A stretch of DNA of 64,000 bases, from IMG/VR virus record IMGVR_UViG_3300023184_000090, positions 10,996 through 74,995 of that record, one strand, 5' to 3'. Below, piece by piece: positions 27,680 through 38,001 of this stretch. Each line of letters opens with the position of its first letter. Position 1 is the stretch's first letter. Source of the stretch: a virus. Position numbers and translations under genes: made by a program. The notes below the pieces were generated by a model that was not told where the DNA came from, did no database searches, and saw only the letters and a list, made by a program, of their open reading frames with translations.

Positions 27680-28582
27680 ATGTCTGAGTTTAAACGTCTA
27701 CCGAAGATGTGCACAACTGAGCCATCTGCCATTCTCACCTTCAAAAAAGGTGGGACTGTGAAGATGGCGATGGGCGGCGCACTTCCGATGAGTTCGCCGA
27801 AGGCACCGATGGCACCACGGCGACCTTCTCCTGATGCATCCATGGGGAAACCCATGATGGATGAGAACATTGCTCAGAGGGCCATGAAGCAGCGGATGGC
27901 GAAGAAAGTTCGCCCTGGTCAGCCTGAAATGGGAGGTGCAATGCCTGCCATGAAGGAAGGCGGTAGTGCTGACATGGCGCAAGACAAGGCCATGATCAAG
28001 AAAGCTTTCAAACAGCATGACAAGCAAGAGCACAAAGGCGGCAAAGGCACTGACTTATCCTTGAAAAAGGGTGGCCAAGTCCCAATTGAGAAGCCTGCAA
28101 AGGGCATTAGCAATCAAACCACTAAAATGACGCCTGCAAAGATGCACAGTGGTAATGCTGCTATGTCCGCTTACAAAGATGGTGGAATGGCGGTTAGTCC
28201 GAAAAAGCCTGCTGCAGGCATTAGTGATGAAACCACTAAAATGGTCACCACATCTGGACGTGCCGCTGTAGGCAAGTTTAAGAGCGGTGGCAGCGTGTCC
28301 TCAAAAAAGTCGCCTAGTCCCTTCACAGGGAACATCTCAGTGATGAAGTTTGCAAACACTAGTATGAAGTCTGCAGCTAGTAGTCCTAACAAGCTAGGTC
28401 ATACAGGTGGCATTTCGGTGACAAAACCTGCAGGCTACAAAGAAGGTGGACAAGTGGCAATCGCCAAGCCTGCCAACGGGATCACTGACAAGACCACTGA
28501 CATGGTATCTGCAAAGATGCACAGTGGTAATGCAGCAACATCTGCGTACAAAGCCGGCGGTAAAGCTAAAATTGAGTGTTAA
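27680..28582 (+). CDS. basic low-complexity protein built from xKxGG-delimited units
   Basis: eight [FYML][AK]xGG motifs and an internally repeated ~38-aa unit. Confidence 0.75.
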   Translation: MSEFKRLPKMCTTEPSAILTFKKGGTVKMAMGGALPMSSPKAPMAPRRPSPDASMGKPMMDENIAQRAMKQRMAKKVRPGQPEMGGAMPAMKEGGSADMAQDKAMIKKAFKQHDKQEHKGGKGTDLSLKKGGQVPIEKPAKGISNQTTKMTPAKMHSGNAAMSAYKDGGMAVSPKKPAAGISDETTKMVTTSGRAAVGKFKSGGSVSSKKSPSPFTGNISVMKFANTSMKSAASSPNKLGHTGGISVTKPAGYKEGGQVAIAKPANGITDKTTDMVSAKMHSGNAATSAYKAGGKAKIEC

Positions 28583-28584
28583 AG

Positions 28585-28608
28585 GCGGGGGCTTCGGCCC
28601 CTGCTTTT
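28585..28608 (+). terminator. rho-independent terminator with UUCG loop
   Basis: GCGGGGGC-TTCG-GCCCCTGC-TTTT. Confidence 0.85.
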
Positions 28609-28622
28609 GTAAAGGATAAAAG

Positions 28623-31277
28623 ATGGCACAAATCATTGTCTCGACTGGACCTGGCTCATTCGGGGATACTCAGCTACAGACACAGCTTTCAACTCGTTCG
28701 GCTGCATACGACCCTGTTGATAAGTTGCGAGTATCTCAACCCCAAGCGCTAATTGACACCGACTTTGAGTACGGCACTCAACCGACCAAGTGGGAATCAA
28801 TTTCACTTCAGCAATCTCGTCAGAGTTGCTATTACACTGCTCAATTGCCTTTGAGCATCACAGGTATTACAGGTCTTAACACATTGAACGGCGGTTTCAC
28901 TCTTGCAGGTACTTTCGTACTTGCAACAGGTGCTATCATTTACGTTCAAAATTCATTGAACACTGATTGTAATGGCTGGTTGTATGTGTCTACAGGCGGT
29001 ACGAACAGCGCTGTTGTGCAAACAGCCAATGGGACAACTATTCCTGCGACTAACTACTACAATCCTTCAAATACATATGTGTACGCAGGCGTCTTCTATT
29101 CTGCTTGCGGTATTGCATTAGCTGCAACAAGTGCGTTTACGTTTTCGTCGACTACTGTTACTGTAACTACTTCAACCCCACACGGGTTAAGCAAAGGTAG
29201 CTTTATTTATGTCACAGGGTTAACAGGCGGAACTCCTGCGCCTAACGGTGCATGGGTTGTTGCAACTGTGCCGACTCAACTTACTTTTACGTACATTTGC
29301 AACACTGCGCCCACTGTGGCGATTGTAAATGCGACCGGCCAGACTAACTTGTATGCACGACCTTCAGGTTATGTTGAGACTCGACCTTACGACGGTGGCG
29401 TGGCATTTTCTGCCAACTCAAATGCACCTGATCAGCAGTTGATTCGCCAAACTCGCCGATACTTCCGCTATCAGTCAGGCAAAGGCATTCAGTTCTCTAC
29501 TGGGTCAGCACTAAAGCCTTATTTGTTCAACCCGTCATTGGCATCAAGCGGCACAGCGATTGGTTCAACGATCACCGTAACAACCCCAACGCCTCACAAC
29601 TTAACTACGAACTGTACTATTCGAGTTGCAGGTGTTGATCAAGTTGGCTACAACGGCGATTTTCAGATTGCAAGTGTGCCTTCAGTGACGACATTTACGT
29701 ACACAGCAACTGTTGCACCTGCGGCAACAACTGCAACAGGTATCAACATTCGAATTAGCCCATTGACATGGTATGGTTCTTCAAATCGTATTGGGTTTTT
29801 TGATCAGCAAAACGGTTTCTTCTTTGAGTTTGATGGGCAAACTTTGTACACTGTATTGCGCAGTTCTACTACGCAATTGGCAGGTCGTGCACAAGTTACG
29901 CAAGGTAGTGCAACTGTGACAGGTGTTGCTAGCACCGGTTGTAACTGGTCTTCTACACTAAAGCCCAATGACTACATTGTGATTCGCGGTCAGTCATACA
30001 AAGTGATCACTATTGCAAGTGACACCTCAATGACGATCTCACCTGAGTATCGCGGTGCAACTCTAGCCACGGGTATACAAGGTTACATCATCTCAAAGAC
30101 GATTGAAACGCGAACTCCGCAATCATCATGGTTTGACGTGTGTGATGGTTCAAATTCTATGAACAACCCGTCAGGCTACAACCTTGATTTGACCCGCATG
30201 CAAATGTGGTACATAGACTATTCATGGTATGGTGCAGGCGCAGTTCGATTCGGGTTTCGAGGTAAAGACGGTGCCGTGACTTATGTGAATCAGATTCAGA
30301 ACAACAACCTTAAGTATGAAGCATACATGCGCTCTGGCAACATGTCTGCACACTATGAGTCAAACGGTCAGAATGCTTCAACATACATTACTTCTACGCT
30401 GGCAGCTGCTGCAGTAGACGCTATAGCTGTTGCAGATACTTCATTGTTCCCCAACGCGGGCACTGTACAAGTTAAGGGCAATGCTGCAACAACCCCAACT
30501 GCAAGCGCTATTGAGTACATTGCTTACACTGGCAAGACTTCAACGACACTAACCGGGTTGACTCGTATTCAAACAGGCGGAAACGGTACTGCACAGACAT
30601 TCACGTATGCAGCAACTGCACCGATTTCTGTAGTGTATGCAACGCCTGATACTGCGCCTTCATTATCGCACTGGGGTTCTTCAGTTATCATGGATGGCAA
30701 CTTCAACGATGACAAATCGTTGCTGTTCAACTACGGTATGACGACTGCCATCACCACGACAACCTTAGGCCAAGTAACTGCAGTGATGGCAATTCGTTTA
30801 GCACCTTCTGCTGATAGCGGCACAATCGGTACTCTTGGAAACAAAGAAATTATCAATCGTGCACAGTTGCAACCAGTTGAACTTGGGTTGTTCACCACTG
30901 GTGCAGGCTACTTCATTCAGTTGTTCTTAAACGGGTTTGCAAGCGCTGCATTTACCGGCTCATTTTCTACAATTGGCGCCGGCACTTCATCATTGGCACA
31001 AGTTGCACTGAACACTACGCTCGGCACAACTATCACTAACGGTGAATCAGTAGCTGCTGCATACACGAACCAAACAGGTTCGACGACTCTTGATCTTAAT
31101 AGTGTTCGTGACTTAGGCAACTCGATCTTAGGCGGTGGCACAAGTAATACTGTTCCAACATCTCAAGCAGGTTACTACCCCGACGGCCCTGATATTTTGT
31201 ATGTTGTCGCAACGGCATTGTCTGCAACCTCATCCACGTTGGTGGCTCGGTTGACATGGAAAGAAGCTCAGGCATAA
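28623..31277 (+). CDS. large virion structural protein (head/tail appendage)
   Basis: Thr-rich; two TVTT.TPH.L repeats; RQTRRYFRYQSGKG and DYSWYGAG lectin-like segments. Confidence 0.65.
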   Translation: MAQIIVSTGPGSFGDTQLQTQLSTRSAAYDPVDKLRVSQPQALIDTDFEYGTQPTKWESISLQQSRQSCYYTAQLPLSITGITGLNTLNGGFTLAGTFVLATGAIIYVQNSLNTDCNGWLYVSTGGTNSAVVQTANGTTIPATNYYNPSNTYVYAGVFYSACGIALAATSAFTFSSTTVTVTTSTPHGLSKGSFIYVTGLTGGTPAPNGAWVVATVPTQLTFTYICNTAPTVAIVNATGQTNLYARPSGYVETRPYDGGVAFSANSNAPDQQLIRQTRRYFRYQSGKGIQFSTGSALKPYLFNPSLASSGTAIGSTITVTTPTPHNLTTNCTIRVAGVDQVGYNGDFQIASVPSVTTFTYTATVAPAATTATGINIRISPLTWYGSSNRIGFFDQQNGFFFEFDGQTLYTVLRSSTTQLAGRAQVTQGSATVTGVASTGCNWSSTLKPNDYIVIRGQSYKVITIASDTSMTISPEYRGATLATGIQGYIISKTIETRTPQSSWFDVCDGSNSMNNPSGYNLDLTRMQMWYIDYSWYGAGAVRFGFRGKDGAVTYVNQIQNNNLKYEAYMRSGNMSAHYESNGQNASTYITSTLAAAAVDAIAVADTSLFPNAGTVQVKGNAATTPTASAIEYIAYTGKTSTTLTGLTRIQTGGNGTAQTFTYAATAPISVVYATPDTAPSLSHWGSSVIMDGNFNDDKSLLFNYGMTTAITTTTLGQVTAVMAIRLAPSADSGTIGTLGNKEIINRAQLQPVELGLFTTGAGYFIQLFLNGFASAAFTGSFSTIGAGTSSLAQVALNTTLGTTITNGESVAAAYTNQTGSTTLDLNSVRDLGNSILGGGTSNTVPTSQAGYYPDGPDILYVVATALSATSSTLVARLTWKEAQA

Positions 31278-31286
31278 GGAGGTTGT

Positions 31287-32027
31287 ATGCCACTTGTGAA
31301 AAGCAAATCGGCTGAAGCATTCAAGAAGAATGTTTCAGCCGAAGTAAAAGCAGGTAAGCCTGTGAAGCAAGCTGTTGCAATTGCTTATTCGACAAAAAAC
31401 TCTGTCGGTAAGAAAGAAGGCGGCTTGTGGGACAACATCCATGCCAAGCAAGAACGCATTAAAAACGGATCTGGAGAGCGTATGAGAAAACCAGGCAGTA
31501 AAGGCGCACCTACAGCTGAAGACTTTAAAGTTTCAGCAAAGAAAGACGGCGGCACGATCATTGAGCCGTTTCAGATGAAAAAAGTAGGGACGGGTGGCAA
31601 AGTTAAGAAGCACAAAGGCTATGCTTCTGGCGGCGCAATCACAGGCCAACAGTTTCAAGCAATGCAAGGCACTGTGAACCGCTACTCTGCTCCGGCATCT
31701 CGTTCGACTTCAAGTAACACAGTATCTCGTCCTTCACCTGCGCAAGAGCCAAGTCTGTACGGCAGGTCTTTTCAAGCCGCTTATGATGCTGCAAAGCCTA
31801 TAGCTAAGCCGATGGAAAGACAAGCTGCGCCTGTCTATAGGCCTGCACCTAGGCCTGTAGAGCCAACTCCAACGATGGGAAGAGAGCCACCGCCAAAAGT
31901 AGCGCCTGTGAACAGACCTGATTTTACGAACCCGCCAACAGAAAGCGTCTTGCCAGGCAGAGGCCAGATGAGCTATAAAAAAGGCGGAAAAGCAAACAAA
32001 GCTTCTAAGAAGAAACCAAACTACTAA
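31287..32027 (+). CDS. basic modular protein with xGG-delimited segments
   Basis: MPL.K..S...N...E..AGKP.KQAVAIAYS module, LWDNIHAK...GSGERMRKPGSKGAPT module, YASGG and YKKGG. Confidence 0.7.
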   Translation: MPLVKSKSAEAFKKNVSAEVKAGKPVKQAVAIAYSTKNSVGKKEGGLWDNIHAKQERIKNGSGERMRKPGSKGAPTAEDFKVSAKKDGGTIIEPFQMKKVGTGGKVKKHKGYASGGAITGQQFQAMQGTVNRYSAPASRSTSSNTVSRPSPAQEPSLYGRSFQAAYDAAKPIAKPMERQAAPVYRPAPRPVEPTPTMGREPPPKVAPVNRPDFTNPPTESVLPGRGQMSYKKGGKANKASKKKPNY

Positions 32028-32036
32028 AGGGGTGGC

Positions 32037-33089
32037 ATGTCTACTTCAGGTACAGTCGGTCAAACTGTAATTTCTGTTCAAAAGTTAATTGACCACGGTG
32101 CTCGTAGGTCGGGAAAACTAGCTGAAGAGCTTACAGTTGAACAAGTAGACGCATCTAAAGATAGTCTGTTCTATCTTTTGTCAAATCTTGCTAACTACGG
32201 CGTTCACTATTGGTGCATTGACAAAACTATTCTTGGTCTGACCCCTGAGAAGTACATCTACACGCTTCCAGTAGGCACTATTGATGTGCTGAACACCAAC
32301 TACCGCACAGTAAATGCAAATACGACTGGCGGATATAGCACTTCAGGCACTTCTGCATATGCTTTTGATGGTGTATACACTAACATTTGCCAGCTAACGA
32401 CCAACACTGGGAAGATCGGCGTGGTTTTAAGTGCCGACACTTACATCGGCACAGTCGGCATTTTGCCTGCAGTCTCAGGGTCGGTCACTCTTACCATCCA
32501 GAGTTCAACAGATGGGATCACGTGGACCACTGTCTACAGTCCAGGTGCTATTACATGGGTTGCAGGAACGTGGCTGTACTATGATCTAGACCCTTCGGCT
32601 AGCACTACTTACTGGCGTATCAGCCAGTCGGCTGGTGTGAACATGGGGGTTTACCAAGTTGTGTTTGGTTCGAACGCCAATGAGATACCTTTGGCAAGGT
32701 TGAACCGTGACGACTACACCAACCTGCCAAACAAGAACTTTGTCAGCAATAGGCCTTTGCAATTCTGGTTTGATAGAACAATCCCACAGCCTACAATGTA
32801 TGTGTGGCCATCGTCAAACACGTATTCTCCGCAGATCATAGTTTGGCGGTATCGTCAAATTCAAGATGTGGGCGATCTGTCAGGTGAATTGGAGATCCCA
32901 CAGCGGTGGTATCTTGCAATTCAGAACATGCTTGCCCATCAGATGTCGATGGAATTGCCTGCCGTTGATCCCGGTCGAGTTACGTATTTAGAGCAGCAAG
33001 CAGACAAGTACTGGCAGCAAGCCGAACAAGAAGAAAGAGATAAATCTCCGATTTATTTTGCACCCAACATAAGTTACTATACAAGGTAA
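32037..33089 (+). CDS. putative head-tail adaptor with inserted beta-sandwich domain
   Basis: helical N- and C-termini (EIPQRWYLAI...LA) flanking AFDG...QSSTDGITWT...YWRI discoidin-like insert. Confidence 0.6.
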   Translation: MSTSGTVGQTVISVQKLIDHGARRSGKLAEELTVEQVDASKDSLFYLLSNLANYGVHYWCIDKTILGLTPEKYIYTLPVGTIDVLNTNYRTVNANTTGGYSTSGTSAYAFDGVYTNICQLTTNTGKIGVVLSADTYIGTVGILPAVSGSVTLTIQSSTDGITWTTVYSPGAITWVAGTWLYYDLDPSASTTYWRISQSAGVNMGVYQVVFGSNANEIPLARLNRDDYTNLPNKNFVSNRPLQFWFDRTIPQPTMYVWPSSNTYSPQIIVWRYRQIQDVGDLSGELEIPQRWYLAIQNMLAHQMSMELPAVDPGRVTYLEQQADKYWQQAEQEERDKSPIYFAPNISYYTR

Positions 33090-33090
33090 C

Positions 33091-33366
33091 ATGCCACGAG
33101 TTCTTGACACACACGGTAATGCGATACTTAGTATTGCGATTTGCGACCGTTGCAAGATGAAACGTGCATATGTCAACTTGGGTTCTGATCCGAACTTCCC
33201 CGGTTTACGTGTTTGTGACCAAGGTTGTAGAGATCAGTTTGACCCATACAGACTTCCGGCTAGGCAACCTGAAAAGATTGCCATTCGTTTCCCTCGTCCT
33301 GATGATGATCTCACAGGTCAAGACAATCAGTCGCCTGCGTACCAAGGTAAGTACGGGCCGCCTTAA
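33091..33366 (+). CDS. small Zn-finger virion-module protein
   Basis: AICDRC...GLRVC..C.D..DPY...RP. Confidence 0.7.
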   Translation: MPRVLDTHGNAILSIAICDRCKMKRAYVNLGSDPNFPGLRVCDQGCRDQFDPYRLPARQPEKIAIRFPRPDDDLTGQDNQSPAYQGKYGPP

Positions 33367-33375
33367 AGGATCGAA

Positions 33376-35688
33376 ATGGCACAAGCAGGCTACACGCCCA
33401 TACAACTCTACTACTCGAACACCACAACCAATGCGCCGGCTGCGCTGGCTAACGGTGAGTTGGCAATTAATCAAGCAGACGGTAAACTTTTCTATAGAAA
33501 CAGCTCAGGTGCCGTAACACAATTTAGTCTTACTTCAGTTACGACAATTAGTTTTGGTTCTACCGGCCTTACACCATCTACCGCAACATCAGGCGTTGTT
33601 AGCGTTGCAGGCACGTTAGCTGCTGGCTATGGCGGTACGAGCTTTAGCACGTATGCAGCTGGCGATCTTATTTACGCATCTGCAATAAATACGCTTGCTA
33701 AGTTAGCTGCAGGCACGAACGGGCACGTGCTTACACTCGCAGCAGGCGTGCCTACATGGGCGGCAGGTAGTGCCAGTGGCGTTACGACAATTAGTTTTGG
33801 TTCTACCGGTCTTACTCCGTCTACTGCAACATCAGGCGCTGTTAGCGTTGCAGGCACGTTAGCGTTGGGCTATGGCGGAACAGGCTTTAGCACGTATGCA
33901 GCTGGCGATCTTATTTACGCATCTGCCGCAAACACTCTTGCTAAGCTGGCCGCAGGCACAAACGGATACGTGCTTACACTTGCAGCAGGTCTGCCTACAT
34001 GGGCAGCAAGTACAGGCGGCGTAACTTCATTTAGCGCAGGCTCAACTGGTCTTACGCCAAATACTGCAACGACAGGAGCTATTTCTCTTGGGGGTACTCT
34101 AGGCTCTGCCTACGGAGGTACTGGGTTTACGGCATATGCAACTGGCGATCTTATTTATGCATCTGCAACAAACACACTTGCTAAGCTGGCTGCAGGCACA
34201 AATGGATACGTGCTTACGCTTGCAGCAGGCGTGCCTACATGGGCCGCAGGCGGTAGTGGTGGCGTTACGACAATTAGTTTCGGCTCAACAGGACTTACGC
34301 CGAACGTTGCAACAAGCGGCGCAGTCTCTGTTGCAGGCACATTGGCTGCCGGTTTTGGCGGCACAGGGCTAAGTGCATTTGCAATTGGCGACACCATGTA
34401 TGCTTCGGCTACAACGCCTACGATTTCAAAGCTTGCAATTGGCACAGCCGGTCAAGTGATGACAGTAAACACGGGCGGTACTGCGCCTCAGTGGTCTGCG
34501 CAATCTACGCTTACAGCAGGCAAAGCTACTAATATTGCAGGCGGTGTTGCAGGCACGATGTTCTATAACACTGCTGCTGACACTACTACTAATCTTGCAA
34601 TTGGGTCTGCATACAATATTTTAGGCGTTAACACAGGCGCCACTGCGCCTTCGTGGCAGACTTTGTCATCGCTTATTGACAATGCATTGTCAGCCAGCGC
34701 GCAAGGCTCGATACTTTATAGGGATACGTCGACATGGGTTGCATTAGCGCCTGGAACCAGCGGCTTATTTCTTAAGACAAACGGTGCATCAGCAAACCCT
34801 GCATGGGCAACGGCGTCTATCGCAGGCTGGACGTACGCTCAAAATACAGCAGTGCCGAATGCAACGAACAATGTTAGCTCACTAACTGTAAGCGCAACTT
34901 CAACGAATGCATTTGCAGCAATTGTGCCTAAAGGCACAGGTGGTCTTATTGGCGCGATTCCTGACTCAACAGCAGCAGGTGGCGATGTTAGAGGAACATA
35001 TTCTGTTGACTTGCAATTCACAAGATCTGCATCAACAATGGTTGCAAGTGGCACTGATGCATCGCTTATCGGAGGTGCATCAAATACAGCATCAGCAACT
35101 GATTCAGCTGTCGTAGGCGGTAACAACAATAATGCAGGCGCGGCACAATCAGGTATCTTTGCAGGTGCTAGTAATAAAACAACAGGTGCTTATTCTGTTG
35201 TACTCGGTGGTAAGTTTGGTGATGATCGTGGGTTATCAGGTGCGATGGTTCAAAGTGCGGTTGCATCCGCTACTGTAGGGCAGTATCAAGCCCGAAGAAC
35301 TCAGTTAGCTGCTGCAACTACTGATGCAACAGCCACTAGAATGACCACAGACATTACAGCTGCTTCAAGTACAAATCAGCTTAACTTGGCTGCAAATACT
35401 GCGTTTGCTTTTGCAGGAATAGTCGTTGCAGGTGTTACCACAGCTGGTAATGCTAAGGCATGGAATTTCAGAGGTCTTATTAAGCGAGGCGCAGGTGTTG
35501 GAACAACGGCAATTGTGGGCACAGTGGCTGTTAATATTGACGCCGCTGACACAGGCGCATCAACATGGACAATTGCAGTAACTGCGGATACGACAAACGG
35601 AACTCTTGCAGTAACTGCAACAGGTCAAGCCGCTACTAGTATTAAGTGGACTTGCGTTATTACATCATCTGAAGTAGTGACGACATAA
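33376..35688 (+). CDS. tail fibre protein 1
   Basis: N-terminal LANGELAINQADGKLFY anchor, ~80-aa repeats, C-terminal domain shared with the next three genes. Confidence 0.8.
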   Translation: MAQAGYTPIQLYYSNTTTNAPAALANGELAINQADGKLFYRNSSGAVTQFSLTSVTTISFGSTGLTPSTATSGVVSVAGTLAAGYGGTSFSTYAAGDLIYASAINTLAKLAAGTNGHVLTLAAGVPTWAAGSASGVTTISFGSTGLTPSTATSGAVSVAGTLALGYGGTGFSTYAAGDLIYASAANTLAKLAAGTNGYVLTLAAGLPTWAASTGGVTSFSAGSTGLTPNTATTGAISLGGTLGSAYGGTGFTAYATGDLIYASATNTLAKLAAGTNGYVLTLAAGVPTWAAGGSGGVTTISFGSTGLTPNVATSGAVSVAGTLAAGFGGTGLSAFAIGDTMYASATTPTISKLAIGTAGQVMTVNTGGTAPQWSAQSTLTAGKATNIAGGVAGTMFYNTAADTTTNLAIGSAYNILGVNTGATAPSWQTLSSLIDNALSASAQGSILYRDTSTWVALAPGTSGLFLKTNGASANPAWATASIAGWTYAQNTAVPNATNNVSSLTVSATSTNAFAAIVPKGTGGLIGAIPDSTAAGGDVRGTYSVDLQFTRSASTMVASGTDASLIGGASNTASATDSAVVGGNNNNAGAAQSGIFAGASNKTTGAYSVVLGGKFGDDRGLSGAMVQSAVASATVGQYQARRTQLAAATTDATATRMTTDITAASSTNQLNLAANTAFAFAGIVVAGVTTAGNAKAWNFRGLIKRGAGVGTTAIVGTVAVNIDAADTGASTWTIAVTADTTNGTLAVTATGQAATSIKWTCVITSSEVVTT
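33538..34370 (+). repeat. ~240-bp tandem coding repeats in tail fibre 1
   Basis: VTTISFGSTGLTP...GDLIYASA.NTLAKLAAGTNG.VLTLAAG.PTWAA units starting near 33538, 33781, 34021 and (partial) 34264. Confidence 0.85.
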
Positions 35689-35689
35689 C

Positions 35690-36823
35690 ATGCCAATCAC
35701 ACTACAAAACCCAGGGGCTGCAGCATCTGTTGGTAAGTTTACGATGTCGCCTGCAACAACAGGCTCATACACGCTTACGTTTCCTGCGTCTGACGGAACT
35801 GCAAATCAAGCACTTACGTTTAACACAAGCGGCGTAGGCGCATGGACGACGATAACGCCGCCTACGACAACAGGGTGGACATTTTCATTGTCTTCAACAG
35901 GCACTAATGCTACTGTTAACGTCATGTCTATGACGCCATCTGGCGGAACTGCAAGCCAAGCCTGGTGCGTTGTGCAAAAGGGCGGTAGTAGCTCTATGCT
36001 TGCTTTATCAGTCCCGGATGGGACTGCAGCAGGCGGCAATGCCAGAGGGTATGGTTCATTAGATCTTCAGATGGGTAGAGCATCGGCAACCCAAGTTGCG
36101 TCGGGTGGTTTTTCTTATATCTTAGGCGGCTACGGTAATACTGCAGGAAATAATGCCTACATTCTAGGCGGGTATCTTAACTCATGTGGCATAACCCAAG
36201 GCAATAACGGTGTTGTCGCAGGTGGGTCAAACAACAATGTTAATAATACCAATACTGCAATTTTGTGTGGTGACAATAATCTTACAGGTGGAACAGCAGG
36301 AACCACAGCCGCCCAAGCCTTCTCTGTTATTGTGAACGGTAGATATGCGACCACTAGATCGCAGGCTTGTACAACTGTATGGGGCTCTTGCAACTTTAAT
36401 GGCACCACTCAGGGTGCTGCACAAATAGTTTCGCACAGGCTGTATCAGAACTTCGTGGGCGCAACCTCTGGTATTATGCGAGGTGGCGTACAAGCAACGT
36501 CTGTATACACTAACAACAATTGCATAGTTGTTGCGCCTAGCATGACATATGCCTTCTATGGTGACGTAACTTGTACCACAACAGCAGGTGCTGATTGCAA
36601 AACGTGGAAAGTCACTGGCTTAATTAGACGACCGACAGCAGGCGTGCCAACATTCGTAGGTACGCCTACAGTAACTGACATGTATTCTTCGGCAGGACTT
36701 ACGGGGACAACAGTCATAACTGTTGTGACAAATAGCACAGATCAGTTCACGATTAATGCAACATCAGGGACTGCAACTGAAACTCGCTGGTTTGCCCATA
36801 TCTGGACAGTAGAGGTGTACTAA
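35690..36823 (+). CDS. tail fibre/spike paralog 2
   Basis: VPDGTAAGGNARG motif and shared C-terminal domain. Confidence 0.75.
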   Translation: MPITLQNPGAAASVGKFTMSPATTGSYTLTFPASDGTANQALTFNTSGVGAWTTITPPTTTGWTFSLSSTGTNATVNVMSMTPSGGTASQAWCVVQKGGSSSMLALSVPDGTAAGGNARGYGSLDLQMGRASATQVASGGFSYILGGYGNTAGNNAYILGGYLNSCGITQGNNGVVAGGSNNNVNNTNTAILCGDNNLTGGTAGTTAAQAFSVIVNGRYATTRSQACTTVWGSCNFNGTTQGAAQIVSHRLYQNFVGATSGIMRGGVQATSVYTNNNCIVVAPSMTYAFYGDVTCTTTAGADCKTWKVTGLIRRPTAGVPTFVGTPTVTDMYSSAGLTGTTVITVVTNSTDQFTINATSGTATETRWFAHIWTVEVY

Positions 36824-38001
36824 TGGCAATACAGTTTGACCAAACAGGAACAGGCACATTAGTGCTTAAACCGCCTGCATCAAGCACTTATACTGTTACG
36901 TGGACATTTCCTAGCGCTGTGTCTGCAGTTGCAGCAGGCGCCATGGTGAGCAGTGGGTCGACGTCAAACACTTTCACTTTTGCAACAGCGACGCCGGACG
37001 CAGGCTGGACGTACGCTTTAAACGCCAATGCCACTAACACAACCGTTAATGTTAGCGCAATCACTGCATCAGGCGGGACCACAAGTCAGTCTCCTATTAT
37101 AGCGCCTAGAGGCGCAAACGGCTATCTTGTATTTGGGTATGTGCCTGATGGGACAACCACAGGTGGCAATGCGCGTGGTGCAGGGTCTGTTGAAATGTGC
37201 CCAGGGGGTACTCTGAATAGTGCAGATTCAGTTGCGTCTGGTGCGTACTCTGTAATGATTGCATCAAAAGCCGCTGGCGGAACAGGTGCATACAGTGTTA
37301 GCATATCAAACACTAACCTGACCGGAACTAGTGGTCAGTACAGTGTTTCAATATGCAATGACGGAACTACAAGCTTTGAAGGCGGAAACGGCTATAACTA
37401 TGGTCTTTCTATCGGTGTGACAGCAGGCGGTCCGGCAGGTAATTACTCAACTCAGTTTATGGGTGGGTTTATGTCATGGGGCGCTGCTAAAGATCACACA
37501 TATGGGCAAAGCTGTAACACAAGCACTGCTGCAGGTCAGTATGACGGGTATGGGTTCTTTAGAATGCATCCGTTGGTAAGTCAGACGACAGGCGCTGTGT
37601 CTTCCATTATGAGCTCTACTAACGACAACTTAACAACAGCTGGCGACACTAACGTAATTAATATTGCATCAACGAACGCTTTTTCTACAAGGTCGTCTGC
37701 ACAAATAGATGCTATTGTAGTCGCCACTGAACAAGGCACAGGCGCTATTGCAAAGTCATGGTCTGTGACTGCATATGCGTACCTTAACGCCAGTAGAAAT
37801 ACAGTGCTTGTAGGCAGCACGTGGACTACATTGTACAATGATACTTCTGCATCAACATGGCCGACGCCAACAATAACTGCCGTTGCTCAGTCAGGTAGCG
37901 TAACTTGGTCAGGCGTTACTATTACTGTCACAGGAGTTGCAAGCGTTTCAATTGACTGGTTATGTAAGTTTGACATAGTTGTCGGAAGGTCTCAAGCATA
38001 A
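36823..38001 (+). CDS. tail fibre/spike paralog 3
   Basis: VPDGTTTGGNARG motif and shared C-terminal domain. Confidence 0.75.
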   Translation: MAIQFDQTGTGTLVLKPPASSTYTVTWTFPSAVSAVAAGAMVSSGSTSNTFTFATATPDAGWTYALNANATNTTVNVSAITASGGTTSQSPIIAPRGANGYLVFGYVPDGTTTGGNARGAGSVEMCPGGTLNSADSVASGAYSVMIASKAAGGTGAYSVSISNTNLTGTSGQYSVSICNDGTTSFEGGNGYNYGLSIGVTAGGPAGNYSTQFMGGFMSWGAAKDHTYGQSCNTSTAAGQYDGYGFFRMHPLVSQTTGAVSSIMSSTNDNLTTAGDTNVINIASTNAFSTRSSAQIDAIVVATEQGTGAIAKSWSVTAYAYLNASRNTVLVGSTWTTLYNDTSASTWPTPTITAVAQSGSVTWSGVTITVTGVASVSIDWLCKFDIVVGRSQA

